A stretch of DNA of 64,000 bases from Ostrea edulis (taxonomy: Eukaryota): the NCBI RefSeq assembly GCF_947568905.1, contig NC_079173.1, positions 29,636,001-29,700,000 on the forward strand, in the 5' to 3' direction. The first letter of the stretch is position 1. Every line of letters starts with the position of its first letter. The notes under the pieces were generated by a model that did not search any database, was not told where the DNA came from, and was given only the letters and a program-made list of their open reading frames with translations. The position numbers and the translations under genes were made by a program. Shown here piece by piece: positions 37,101 through 45,635 of the stretch.

Positions 37101-40100
37101 GATTTCACATACCGAGAGGGCAACAGCAAAATAAACGTTCAGCTGCAGACTAAGACTAGAAGACATACCCGACAGAAACGGGATACGTCCAACGTTAAAA
37201 ACGTGGTATGTATCAGAAAACAAACGGGATATGTCCAACGTTAAAAACATGGTATGTATCAAAAAAAAAGAAACGGGATATGCCAACGTTAAAAATGTGA
37301 TATGTATCAGAAATCAGAATCGGGATACGTTCAACGTTAAAAACGTGGTATGTATCAGAGAAATAGCAAGTGTCTGAAGTACTAAAGTATGCCTCTAAAA
37401 AACCAAAAGTTGTACTGATACAGACACAGTGACCGATTTCCTCAGTCTGCCTGTAATTTTATCAGATTTACACATCGAAAACCATCTCCTGAAGACTTGG
37501 TTTATATTGTAGATAACGACTAGTAAAACTTGAGTGATGGAAAATCAGGTTTTACAGGATGAATCTTTGCCAGTCACTCCACAGTAACTGTGGTATATTC
37601 TCATGTATTGAGGGAAATGTTATGTGTCCAAATCTTCTGTTTCAGGTCTGCAACAACCAGTACTGTACATTTATCAAATGTTTCTTGGGTCCAATGCCTG
37701 GCCGAATGGTGGATTCTAGAGACGCGGCTGTCATACAAATCAAGGCTCACATTTGGACCAACACTCTTGTTTTAGTAAGTATTTATAGATACTCTGCAGA
37801 TCTATATGATTCTTATTCATTTCCCTTTTGTAGCGTTTTAGCGCAGCTATGCCTTTGGCTAAAGTGAGCTCTCCTGGTTGAAAATTGTCTGTTTTTGCAT
37901 TTTCTCATCATAAACTTTTCACATTTTTATCTCATTTTCTCTGGAACCATTGGGTCAATTTTAGGCAAACACCACACAAAGTGCCCTTGGGTAAAAGGGA
38001 TTTTAATTTTGTGCAAATGAGGGTTCATGTCCTTTTCAAAGGGGAGATAATTAATAAAAAATTAATATTGAATGGGAGTCTTTGAAAAATTTCCCTTCAA
38101 GAATGACTGTGCCAGAAATGCCAATATTTAGAAGAAAGTTTTGATATATAGTTTAGATTTTAAGTTTGTTTAAACCTTGATCCTTGGATTAATAATTTCT
38201 CCAGAACCACTTAGCTAATTTTAGCTAAACTTGACACTAAATATCCTTGGGTAAATGCAAATTCAAGCTTACCAAAGGAAGAATCACACCATTATCCAAA
38301 GGGAGAAAGTGCAAGAAAGAGAAAAAAAAATATGGTGATGTTCTTCAGAACCACTTTGCCAGTTTCAACCAAACTTATCACAAAATATTTGGGTAAAGAG
38401 GATTCAGTTTTCTTCAAATGAAGGACCAGACCCTTTTCCAAGGGAGATAATAGCAAAATAGTGAATATACAGTGATGTTATTAGAAGGTCTCCATAACCA
38501 CTAAGCCAATGTCGACCAAACTTAGAACAAAGACTTTTTGGGTAAAGGAATTCAAAGTAGGCAAAATTAAAACTTCTGAAATGGGGTGACATATTTTTGT
38601 ATATAGTATCTGTTATTGGATAAATTTTATCTCGGTGAAGCTCTTTTGTCGTGAAATTTCGCAGGTTTTCAATGACTAAGGTATGTTTGAACCCTACAGA
38701 TTTTCAGGTCCAAAGTGTACGAAAACATCCATGGTATTACTGTACATGTAAATATCAGTTTTGATGAAAGGGACACTTATGTTCCACATTTCATTTTATA
38801 CATGTATACAGTTCATCAAAATGAAAAGAAAATCTGTGTTTTAATTCTGTCTTTTTATCCACTGTGATGAAATTTCTGAAGTTCAACATTTTGGAATCGA
38901 AGTGACTACATGATATACATGAATACTTCTTGTGTAATAACTAAAAGGATTGTTTGATTTTATTTACAACAGCGAGGTCTCACAGTAGATCCATTCAATC
39001 TGAAATCACAAGCCCTCGCACAAGTCCAAACCATGCCCTTTAATATTCCAGTGGATCACAACAACGAAACATTCATGGTGTCAGAGGCAGAGGTAAGCTG
39101 AGATTTAGTGGGTACTAGATACACCATTACATGTAGTGTTAAATATCCTCCTCAAGGAGTTACCTAGATAATCATTACATGTAGTGTTAAATATCCTCCT
39201 CAAGGAGTTACCTAGACACACCATTACATGTAGGTTAAATATCCTCCTCAAGGAGTTACCTAGATAATCATTACATGTAGTGTTAAATATCCTCCTCAAG
39301 GAGTTACCTAGATACACCATTACATGAAATGTTAAATATCCTCCTCAAGGAGTTACCTAGATAATCATTAATGTAGTGTTAAATATCCTCCTCAAGGAGT
39401 TACCTAGATACACCATTACATGTAATGTTAAATATCCTCCTCAAGGAGTTACCTAGATAATCATTACATGTAGTGTTAAATATCCACCTCAAGGAGTTAC
39501 CTAGATAATCATTAATGCAGTGTTAAATATCCTCCTCAAGGAGTTACCTAGATACACCATTATATGTAATGTTAAATATCCTCCTCAAGGAGTTACCTAG
39601 ATAACCATTACATGTAGTGTTAAATATCCTCCTCAAGGAGTTACCTAGATAATCATTACATGTAGTGTTAAATATCCACCTCAAGGAGTTACCTAGATAA
39701 TCATTACATGTAGTGTTAAATATCCTCCTCAAGGAGTTACCTAGATAACCATTATATGTAGTGTTAAATATCCTCCTCAAGGTTACCTAGATAATCATTA
39801 CATGTAGTGTTAAATATCCTCCTCAAGGAGTTACCTAGATACACCATTATATGTAATGTTAAATATCCTCCTCAAGGAGTTACCTAGACACACCATTACG
39901 TGTAGTGTTAAATATCCTCCTCAAGGAGGTACCTAGATAATCATTAATGTAGTGTTAAATATCCTCCTCAAGGAGTTACCTAGATAATCATTACATGTAG
40001 TGTTAAATATCCTCCTCAAGGAGTTACCTAGATAACCATTACATGTAGTGTTAAATATCCTCCTCAAGGAGTTACCTAGATAATCATTACATGAAGTGTT

Positions 40101-41781
40101 AAATATCCTCCTCAAGGAGTTACCTAGATACACCATTACATGTAGGTTAAATATCCTCCTCAAGGAGTTACCTAGATAATCATTACATGTAGTGTTAAAT
40201 ATCCACCTCAAGGAGTTACCTAGATAATCATTACATGTAGTGTTAAATATCCTCCTCAAGGAGTTACCTAGATAACCATTACATGTAGTGTTAAATATGC
40301 TCCTCAAGGAGTTACCTAGATACACCATTACATGTAGTGTTAAATATCCTCCTCAAGGAGTTACCTAGATAATCATTACATGTAGTGTTAAATATCCTCC
40401 TCAAGGAGTTACCTAGATAATTATTACATGTAGTGTTAAATATCCTCCTCAAGGAGTTACCGAGATATACCATTATATGTAGTGTTAAATATCCTCCTCA
40501 AGGAGTTACCTAGATAATCATTAATGTAGTGTTAAATATCCTCCTCAAGGAGTTACCTAGATACACCATTACATGTAGTGTTAAATATCCTCCTCAAGGA
40601 GTTACCTAGATAAATATTACATGTAGTGTTAAATATCCTCCTCAAGGAGTTACCTAGATAATTATTACATGAATTGTTAAATATCCACCTCAAGGAGTTA
40701 CCTAGATACACCATTACATGTAGTGTTAAATATCCTCCTCAAGGAGTTACCTAGATACACCATTATATGTAGAGTTAAATATCATAAAGGAGTTAACTAG
40801 ATACACAGTATCACCATTACACATAGTAGTATAAAATATCCTCAAGGAGATTTCCTTCAAAAGACAGAGGAATAGAACAAATCAATCTATAATTCCCAAG
40901 AAATTGTGTCATTGAAATTTTTGTTGTTGAGAATTTAAACATTTTTTTTGGTAAAATACAAGAATGAAAAGAACCAGAGGAATCAATAGGAGATCTTCCA
41001 TCAGAGATGGAAGATTTCAAAAAGACATATTAAATAGATTAGATTGCTACTGAATTCATACACACACACAGCTGATGTATGAATTAATTTAGCTTCATTT
41101 CTTTTGGTATTTTTCATTTGTATGTGTGTTTTATAGGTTTCCACATATGTCAATGCGGAGAAGTTGGCACCCAGAAAGAAAACTGTGGAGATCTGGAAGA
41201 TAGCAGTTGCCATTGTGGGGGGTCTGTTGTTACTGCTGATAATAATCATCGTCCTTTGGGTGGTAAGTAAGCGTGGAGCTGGCGCAATAACTGTAAATAT
41301 ACCGTATAAACAGAAATTTTAGCGAGGATTTAAGTTTGGCATTGTTAGTGATGATGTTTAGGTTGCTAAAATTGAATATCACCAACAATCTATTCCATTT
41401 CGGAGATAACGGCCATCTTTCTTGGGATTATGAAGTTGATAAAATAAGCTCTTGCTAAATATCTATAACATGTACCCATGATTCATGGACGAATCGTTAA
41501 ATTTGTGTCTCGCTAAAAATACCACTTATACAATATGTCCAATTGATTTGATCAATTTCTTAAGTCCTTTGTGGTAAAAAAAAAATTTCTTAACAAAAAC
41601 GTAATACATTCTCCCTTTTTTTGAGTTCTGTCAAAGGAAAAAGTTTAAATCATTACCTATATATTTTCAGTGTGGATTTTTCCGAAGAAAGCGACCCAAT
41701 GGCGAACCATCTTATTCCAAACCGTTAATGAAGAATGGACAACAGCCTAAATCAGACCTCGCTGCCCGGCCTTATGAGTGA
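2066..41781 (+). CDS. ITGA: Integrin alpha subunit (no I-domain, RGD/PS2-like), 5'-incomplete, multi-exon
   Basis: 28 AG/GT-bounded exons with matching phases sum to 2814 nt (937 aa + stop). FG-GAP repeats (IGAPGAFYWQG, VGAPL, VGAPYG, VGAYES), DxD/NxDG Ca-binding loops, thigh/calf domains, TM helix and CGFFRR membrane-proximal motif. Orthologue subtype not resolved. Confidence 0.96.
3463..3734. repeat. Fold-back element with one left arm and a tandemly amplified right arm
   Basis: Palindrome centred at AGTACT (about 3521-3526); about 4 copies of TATTGCTTATTGCCAAATGAT on the right. Confidence 0.8.
3809..4074 (-). mobile_element. Truncated tRNA-LTR TRIM, type 1
   Basis: Full LTR 3809-3937 (129 bp), PPT complement 3938-3950, PBS complement CGGCACCA 4023-4030, partial LTR from 4033. 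Confidence 0.85.
4887..4969 (+). CDS. Integrin alpha alternative exon A (NVDLLRDTVDQYHKSGYCQAGFSVAMAA), phase 1-0
   Basis: ttttag/AT...GCT/gtaagt; 83 nt; G(Y/F)CQxG motif. Confidence 0.9.
6443..6522 (+). CDS. Integrin alpha alternative exon B (NGISSLMLWGYHRVGFCQAGMSATFSN), phase 1-0
   Basis: ttacag/AT...AAT/gtgagt; 80 nt; paralogous to 4887-4969, open in frame, same phases. Confidence 0.85.
6691..6743 (+). repeat. Poly-G run, 53 nt
   Basis: Counted from the sequence. Confidence 0.85.
6991..7632. repeat. Minisatellite, 38/36-bp unit, about 17 copies
   Basis: GAGTGTCAGACAAAGGTTTTATATGATATAGCCTTACT. Confidence 0.95.
8228..8340 (+). mobile_element. Dispersed tRNA-like repeat (second copy about 1568-1663)
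   Basis: CCTACTAGCTC..TGTCTAGTGGGTTAACCC shared; B-box-like GGTTCGATAC. Confidence 0.45.
8377..8770. repeat. Minisatellite, 34-bp unit, about 11 copies
   Basis: GAGGAAGTTGATGGACCAGGCTATGGTTAATACA. Confidence 0.95.
11295..11343 (+). CDS. Integrin alpha exon (NGSRILIGAPGAFYWQG), phase 0-1
   Basis: tttcag/.../gtgagt; FG-GAP and YWQG. Confidence 0.95.
11818..12015 (+). mobile_element. tRNA-headed SINE with (TCAA)n tail, internally deleted
   Basis: TGGCCGAGTGG A box, GGTTTGAATCC B box, microsatellite tail. Confidence 0.7.
12261..12347 (+). CDS. Integrin alpha exon (GQVYNYWLD...SEDNKYRG), phase 1-1
   Basis: ttacag/.../gtaaga; in frame with neighbours. Confidence 0.9.
12452..12694 (+). mobile_element. 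SINE sharing the 3' core of 19018-19356 but with a different head
   Basis: GGTGTGGCACGATAAAGATCCC...CCATATGAGTGAAAAATTCTCGAG. Confidence 0.65.
12697..13936 (+). mobile_element. Decayed copy of the same Penelope-like element, interrupted by an insertion at 12868-13380
   Basis: FRYID..., YVDSIYPCELEIKDT...DILLKIDI / NDKLTTQLYDK resume across the insertion; same 3' end. Confidence 0.8.
12868..13380. mobile_element. Non-autonomous DNA transposon inserted at TTAA (Kolobok-like)
   Basis: Left end TTAA/AGGGACTGGTTCACGA; right end TTGTGAATCAGT (terminal bases lost). Confidence 0.55.
14203..14640 (+). mobile_element. Helentron/HINE-like non-autonomous element nested in a TACTGTA-ended MITE (about 14139-14773)
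   Basis: TTTTTGTCCCC start, (GTCC)n, two central repeats, GGGGACAT plus stem-loop, ends CTTGTT. Confidence 0.75.
14988..15032 (+). CDS. Integrin alpha exon (GYSSAVGHFDNDNMED), phase 1-1
   Basis: tttcag/.../gtaata; Ca-binding loop. Confidence 0.92.
15174..15217 (+). CDS. Integrin alpha exon (DYVVGIPRAEKLLGV), phase 1-0
   Basis: tttcag/.../gtacgt. Confidence 0.92.
15682..15735 (+). CDS. Integrin alpha exon (VQLYNQNLQPIKNITGKQ), phase 0-0
   Basis: ttttag/.../gtaata. Confidence 0.9.
15779..16454 (+). mobile_element. Helentron/HINE-like element with central tandem repeats
   Basis: ATACCCCCCG...GGGGGGTAT hairpin, (CTGT)n, repeats containing TGACCTTGACC, 3' stem-loop CTTGTT. Confidence 0.78.
16659..17257 (+). 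mobile_element. Tandem-array TRIM: three type-1 LTRs, two internal domains
   Basis: LTRs 16659-16792, 16901-17020, 17129-17257; degenerate PBS and PPT in each 108-bp internal; flanks ACTA/ACTG. Confidence 0.85.
17634..17686 (+). CDS. Integrin alpha exon (IGAYFGYAVAVEDLNGDK), phase 0-2
   Basis: ttacag/.../gtaaga; FG repeat plus DLNGD. Confidence 0.95.
18351..18818 (-). mobile_element. 3' fragment of the Penelope-like element
   Basis: Near-identical to 27235-27700. Confidence 0.8.
19018..19356 (+). mobile_element. Full-length tRNA-headed SINE
   Basis: A box GGTCTAGAGG, B box GGTTCGAATCC, conserved core, CAAT-type tail; 3' core also at 12452-12694, about 45865-45990 (minus) and 48910-48965. 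Confidence 0.8.
19371..19467 (+). CDS. Integrin alpha exon (LDDIIVGAPL...GRVYIYYQDAR), phase 2-0
   Basis: ttatag/.../gtaagt. Confidence 0.95.
20154..20256. repeat. Perfect palindrome, 51-bp arms, 1-nt centre
   Basis: Arms compared base by base; centre C at 20205. Confidence 0.92.
20808..20837 (+). CDS. Candidate 30-nt symmetric micro-exon (GGFNSEGSDL), phase 0-0
   Basis: cattag/GGC...TTA/gtaagt; stop-free and frame-neutral; not needed for the reading frame. Confidence 0.4.
21280..21371. repeat. Palindromic mini-element (CACAGGC...TGTG); further copies at 49437-49520 and 49754-49839
   Basis: Three 84-92-bp near-palindromes with shared sequence. Confidence 0.75.
22291..22570. repeat. Minisatellite, 18-bp unit
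   Basis: AAAAGTG(C/T)TGAATT(G/A)TTG. Confidence 0.93.
23319..23566. repeat. Tandem repeat, 61-bp unit, 4 copies
   Basis: CTTCGTGATATGCCCTGATTGTCTATCAGTC... at 23320, 23381 and onward. Confidence 0.92.
24921..25029 (+). CDS. Integrin alpha exon (RKFRQ...SRFGSAL...DINRDSYND), phase 0-1
   Basis: aaacag/.../gtaaaa. Confidence 0.93.
25118..25306 (+). CDS. Integrin alpha exon (DLAVGAPYG...FGFSLSGGYDLDKNGYPD), phase 1-1
   Basis: ttgcag/.../gttagt. Confidence 0.96.
25746..25791 (+). CDS. Integrin alpha exon (DLVVGAYESDTAVFVK), phase 1-2
   Basis: ttacag/.../gtaaga. Confidence 0.95.
26045..26164 (+). CDS. Integrin alpha exon (SRPIVRV...KIHVPC), start of thigh, phase 2-2
   Basis: aaacag/.../gtaggt; xRP motif ending the propeller. 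Confidence 0.92.
26672..26727 (+). CDS. Integrin alpha exon (CLIVRTCVEYNGEGVSNEL), phase 2-1
   Basis: tttcag/.../gtaaga. Confidence 0.9.
26739..27160. repeat. Minisatellite, 33-bp unit, about 13 copies
   Basis: ATAGTCATAAAAATACTACCACAACATCCCCCT. Confidence 0.95.
27231..28113 (-). mobile_element. 5'-truncated Penelope-like retroelement, frameshifted RT pseudogene
   Basis: GISMGTNCAPLLADLF, FRYIDDVL and YISQLIRYARAC motifs in ORFs 27633-28151 and 27452-27760; 11-bp TSD ACTGGTACCAA at 27220-27230 and 28114-28124. Confidence 0.85.
28600..28835. repeat. Degenerate tandem repeat, approx. 36-39-bp unit
   Basis: TTACTT..TTTGTCTGTAATTTGATTTTAAACAAATAG. Confidence 0.8.
28951..29099 (+). CDS. Integrin alpha exon (EFDFFWTLD...FCHDFIVYIL), phase 1-0
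   Basis: ggacag/.../gtaggt. Confidence 0.88.
29117..29436 (+). mobile_element. Kolobok-like MITE with internal A/B-box (tRNA-like) segment
   Basis: TTAA flanks, GGAGGTA...TCC termini; second copy at 34443-34764. Confidence 0.7.
30140..30295 (+). CDS. Integrin alpha exon (NNIRDKLTPI...RKKR...PPILD), phase 0-0
   Basis: ttacag/.../gtagga; DKLTPI motif. Confidence 0.95.
30587..30663 (+). CDS. Integrin alpha exon (KNCGDDERCIPDL, genu), phase 0-2
   Basis: ttgtag/.../gtaagt; CGxDxxCxPDL. Confidence 0.95.
31666..31825 (+). CDS. Integrin alpha exon, calf-1 (VRNSGP..EDSYET), phase 2-0
   Basis: tttaag/.../gtatgt. Confidence 0.92.
32126..32516 (+). mobile_element. Complete TRIM (miniature LTR element) with tRNA-like LTRs, Helenus-type; LTR type 2
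   Basis: LTRs 32126-32261 and 32377-32516 (TGTAGTA...TACTACA); PBS TGGTGCCGT at 32264; PPT AAGGAGGGAGGAA 32364-32376; 4-bp TSD CATA. Confidence 0.92.
32623..32712 (+). CDS. Integrin alpha exon (VICDIGNPM), phase 0-0
   Basis: ttgtag/.../gtaatt; CDxGNP motif. Confidence 0.95.
33145..33224 (+). CDS. Integrin alpha exon (TYFTLLV...FNVNS), phase 0-2
   Basis: ttccag/.../gtactg. Confidence 0.9.
34005..34094 (+). CDS. Integrin alpha exon (SNPE...DN...LEIS), phase 2-2
   Basis: tttcag/.../gtaagt. Confidence 0.92.
34443..34764 (+). mobile_element. Kolobok-like MITE, second copy
   Basis: TTAA/GGAGGTA...TACCTCC/TTAA; partial copies near 35508 and 45270-45362. Confidence 0.75.
34795..34894 (+). CDS. 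Integrin alpha exon (EQVIYN...GPEIIHEYR), phase 2-0
   Basis: ttgcag/.../gtgtgt. Confidence 0.88.
35257..35385 (-). mobile_element. Solo LTR of tRNA-LTR TRIM, type 1
   Basis: 129 bp, TGTA...TACA termini, TSD ATAC on both sides; tRNA-like 73-mer at 35283-35355. Confidence 0.9.
36114..36281 (+). CDS. Integrin alpha exon, calf-2 (VRNLGP...IYWP...), phase 0-0
   Basis: ctacag/.../gtatga. Confidence 0.94.
36451..36815 (+). mobile_element. Truncated HINE-like element
   Basis: TTTTTAACTCATTTGAGCTGAAGGCTCGAGTGAGC 5' hairpin, one central repeat. Confidence 0.55.
37101..37205 (+). CDS. Integrin alpha exon with furin-type site RQKR, phase 0-0
   Basis: ttttag/GAT...GTG/gtatgt; DFTYREG...RHTRQKRDTSNVKNV. 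Confidence 0.88.
37173..37358 (+). repeat. Four-copy repeat containing the exon end and 5' splice site
   Basis: AAACGGGATACGTCCAACGTTAAAAACGTG/GTATGTATC units. Confidence 0.9.
37646..37774 (+). CDS. Integrin alpha exon (VCNNQYCTFIKC...IWTNTL), phase 0-0
   Basis: tttcag/.../gtaagt. Confidence 0.95.
37836..38600 (+). mobile_element. HINE-like element with degenerate approx. 170-bp central repeats
   Basis: Recurring CCAGAACCACT...CCTTGGGTAAAG...AAGGGGAGATAAT units. Confidence 0.6.
38973..39092 (+). CDS. Integrin alpha exon (RGLTVD...QTMPFNI...), phase 0-0
   Basis: caacag/.../gtaagc. Confidence 0.9.
39115..40850. repeat. Minisatellite, 49-bp unit, about 35 copies
   Basis: CTAGATA(CAC/ATC/ACC)ATTACATGTAGTGTTAAATATCCTCCTCAAGGAGTTAC. 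Confidence 0.96.
41137..41262 (+). CDS. Integrin alpha transmembrane exon, phase 0-0
   Basis: ttatag/.../gtaagt; IWKIAVAIVGGLLLLLIIIIVLWV. Confidence 0.96.
41671..41781 (+). CDS. Integrin alpha last coding exon (CGFFRRKR...ARPYE*)
   Basis: tttcag/TGTGGATTTTTCCGA; GFFKR-type motif; TGA at 41779-41781. Confidence 0.96.
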   Translation, partial: CGFFRRKRPNGEPSYSKPLMKNGQQPKSDLAARPYE

Positions 41782-42518
41782 CAAGAGTTATTTCCAAACG
41801 ATGAATGTGGAAAATTATAAAATAATGTCCTATCAAGCATTCCATTAAACAGCATGAGTTGAAAGTCAATAATATCAACAGGCACCAATCAGTACATACA
41901 CTTCTCTCCGTGTCAACCAGGGGATGTGTGAAGAGGGTCAGCATTATTGTGATTATGTTTGCCATGGAAATACCACTGATGGTTTCCATGGAAAGTGACA
42001 GTATCATACATTTCTAAAAATATTTAATATATGAAAGAGAATGAGAAGGAATTCTTGTATTATAGATACTTTCCATTGACTCGGAGTGTGCATGTTGATA
42101 CTTTTTGAGGTTATGTAATAGACAAAAGTTTATGCCACTCGTGTTATTCATGAAGGACAATCTTGGGTGATATTTTTTTGTATGTTAACCATATAAACTA
42201 TTGTTTATAGTTTTGTACTAAAAAGGAAGTTCTAATAGGTACCCTGTGCATCTCATCAGTATCAAAAGGAAAAATTTCATCAATATCGAAAGAAAATAGT
42301 TGGTGGATAAACTCCCATCTGTTTTCTTGGGTCCAACTCCTTGCAGTGCCTATCAATTTTTCTCTTGTCAATTCTGAATTTTTTTATTCTCATCAGTCAA
42401 CCTTTTATTAGCTAAGGTGAAGATGGGGTGTTAAAAATATACTCAAAAATATCATTTGAAATGGAAAAAGACATTGTTTTAATAATTAGTTTACAATTGT
42501 GATACAAATGTACAAGTA

Positions 42519-42708
42519 CAGTTAAACTTTCATATCTTGAACATTAATATCTCGAATATCATGGATATATCGAAGTGAGCTAGAATTCCCAACTACATTT
42601 TCTTTATGTATTTTAAGATCAGTATCTCAAACCCTAGGATATCTAACCCTAGGATATCTAGAAGCTCTTTCTCAGCACCACTGAGTTTGAAATAATGGGG
42701 TTTGACTG
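42519..42708. mobile_element. Tc1/mariner-type MITE (TA/CAGT...ACTG/TA) in the integrin 3' UTR; relatives at 30337-30473 and about 1808-1972
   Basis: Shared TCTCGAATATCATGGATAT core and GGTTTGACTG end. Confidence 0.6.
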
Positions 42709-43334
42709 TAATACTTTATTTGATGTAGACAAGCCTGAAGGTATTGGCATGTAAAGAGATAACTGGAGAGTGTCCTTAAAAATTATATGCATTGTATAAA
42801 ACAAAACTTACCAAAATAACAATGGCTATTTAGTCAGATATTTTCATAGTCCCAAGTGCACTTTTCTCAATGGCATTATACTTTGTCTACTCAGTCATAT
42901 TTATAGTTAATTATGTATGGTATTTTGGTATTTATATACAGGTAACATGAAAATACGTTTTTATGTTGGTTAAATATAGATTTTGTAACATTTACACACT
43001 ATGTTCACTTATTGTGGAAGAATTACAAACTTCAGTAAATACGAATTTACTTTTCTCCTGCAAAATGTCTATGTGTTAAATGACAAGAAAAAAAAAAAAT
43101 AACTGTAAAGTTTAAAATCAGTTCCTAGACATTTTATGATTTCGTGGTACCTTTCTGTCGAATTCTGTAATAGTATATACATGTGTGTTATTAATAGAAA
43201 GGGTACCTCTATTCCATTTTTATTTATTGGGAGTTGATTGCGTCTACGGACACTACACTTGTGTATATATTCATTTTGTATAGTATAAACACATTTATAT
43301 TGCATCTCTCTCTAGTGTTGATAATGGTCTGTAA

Positions 43335-43340
43335 AATAAA
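43335..43340 (+). promoter_or_regulatory. Candidate polyadenylation signal for the integrin gene
   Basis: AATAAA about 1.55 kb after the stop, followed by GT-rich sequence; other sites are possible. Confidence 0.35.
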
Positions 43341-43552
43341 CTGAAGGTACTAATATTGTCACTATATAGCTGTTTATCATACAGTCACATACTAGTTGTA
43401 CGGACTGGTACTAGTCAGTAAAATGTTGATTGTAGTTCATTTTAGAATGAATTTTATGTTAACAGTTAATACACTACTTAACGAAAAAAAGATTAATTTA
43501 TGTTCTTGCATCATATGAAAGTACTGTGTTGATTAGTTATTTTCTAAGTATA

Positions 43553-43845
43553 AGTTAGAGTATATTAAGTGAAATCTTAATGGATAAGAAGGGGCGGAGC
43601 GAACGTTAGTGAGCGAGCCCCTTCTTATCCAATAAGATTTCACTTAATATACTCTAACTGGCTTAGAATGTAACCTAGTTTTTCATTGGCTGGGAACATT
43701 TACAATGTCATAAAATTTATTTTCAAATAGCCAATCACAGTCAGTCACGTGATATCTCTCTGTTGGGAATTCTTAATGAATAAGTGAGCCACTTAATGAA
43801 CAACTTCTTGAAATCTGATTGGTCGACAAACTAGGTTATATTCTA
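43553..43845. repeat. Hairpin (43-bp arms, 1 mismatch, 43553-43659) next to an 18-bp-TIR element (43664-43845)
   Basis: Read directly from the sequence. Confidence 0.8.
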
Positions 43846-45404
43846 AATTATGTTGTATCTGCAGTTTGCGTGTTTCATTTATACTAAATTTAGTAATGTT
43901 ACTAATTTTAGCGATGAGATCAGTAAAATAGGTAACATTCCAATGCAATATCGAGATTGAGGAAAATGACTATGTTATTATGAAAAAACAGAAATCAGGG
44001 CAAGAAATTCAAGAATGTTATTTTCTTCATTATACACAGTTATACTCAGAGCAGGACTGAATGTACATGGATTATTAGTTCAGGTTACAATATATTAATT
44101 AGCTAATATGGGCTTGAAGAATATTTGGCTGATTTTTTTTCCAAAAATAGTGGTTTGAAAGGTTGGCGTTTTATTTTTTGGAGTATTTTCATTTTTAACA
44201 GTTAGATTTACATGATTGAAAATTCAGGCATTTAAAGTTTTTTTTTGGCAAATCATCTTCATCTGCCAGGGAAAGTCCACATTTCCGACCCTCTGGAATG
44301 ACCAGATGTATGGTACATAATGTTCTGAGACATTTTGCCCATTTTCTGTTCTGTCATGTTGCCATACTGTGTTTATAAGACATAATTGTCTGTGATGTTC
44401 TATGCAGTGATTTTTTTTCATTGTGTCTGTGTTTTTTGTATAAGAGATGATTACACAAATGATGTGATTTGATAGTTCCGTCTGTGTAAGAGAGGTGTGT
44501 GAGAAATCGTGACAGCGTTTTGCTGCTAACGTTAATGAAGAGAGAAATAAGATATATTCAGAGGTACGTGTGAATTTTTAACTGATCGATGACTGCAATA
44601 TTTCCTCCCTGGCAACTACAAGTTTGAGCTTTGCTTATGTGCATGCATGAAAGATATTGCAATATGTATTTGAAATGAATGCATGTATAACATAGAGAAA
44701 ATTTTACACGATGTACATTGCTTTCCATTAGTATTTTGAAGGTTTGAACAAAATAACCATGCTTCCATTTAATGTGAACTGAGATTTGCAGTAAAACAGA
44801 CTTGTGTTTTGAGAGAGAGAGAGAGAAAGAGAGAGAGAGAAGGTTGAATGAATCTAGCATTTTATTATAGTAATTTATTTGATACTTTGTGTCATTTTTG
44901 TTGACAATTATTCACCATATTCGATATTGTGCAATTATATATATTGACATACATGTATTTGTTCAGTAAATATTGTTTCTTAATTGGATGTGTTGTAGTA
45001 AATGGTGTACATGGGTGGAAAAGTGGACAGGCAGAAGTCCACATCCCCCCCCCTCTTCCTCCCTCTGAATCTCGTCTTCTTCCTACCCCTTCATTCTTCC
45101 TCTACCCCTCCATTCTTCCTCTACCCCTTCATTCTTCCTCTACCCCTCCATTCTTCCTCGAACTAAACCTCCATTCTCCCCCCACTCCTCCAGTCTTCCT
45201 CTACCCCCCCCCCCCCCCCCCCCCCAACTCGACCTCCAGTCTTCTCCCCACACCTCCATTCTTCCTCGACTAAATAAAGTAAATTTTAAAGTTTTCAATT
45301 TTAAAATATCCTTCCCTTTCCATCCACATCAATTTATTTTCTGATGTAGTATTCCTCCTTAATGTTTTAATTTGAACGAATTCATTATTTCTATAGATCT
45401 ACAT

Positions 45405-45635
45405 AAAGAAAAGGTCAAGATAACGAACAGTGATCAATCTCATAACTCCTATAAGCAATACAAAATAGAGAGTTGTGCAAACACGGACCCCTGGATAAAC
45501 CAGAGGTGGGATCAGGCGCCTAGGAGGAGTAAACATCCCCTGTCTACCGGTCACACCCGCTGTGTGCCCCTATCTTGATCAGGTAAACGGAGTTACAGTG
45601 TATCCGTAGTCAAAGTTAGTATGCCAAGAACGGTC
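45405..45635 (-). mobile_element. Short 3' fragment of the Penelope-like element
   Basis: Shares the GAAGATAACGAACAGTGATCAATCTC end. Confidence 0.75.

Noticed and set aside
39115-40850. CRISPR-like appearance of the long regular arrays (also 55936-57358 and 6991-7632)
   Set aside because: Units are head-to-tail with no unique spacers, no cas genes, and the context is eukaryotic introns.
44224-44421. Possible transposase remnant (minus-strand frame KWAKCLRTLCTIHLVIPEGRKCGLSLADEDD)
   Set aside because: Protein-like but short, stop-bounded and not assignable to a family without a search.
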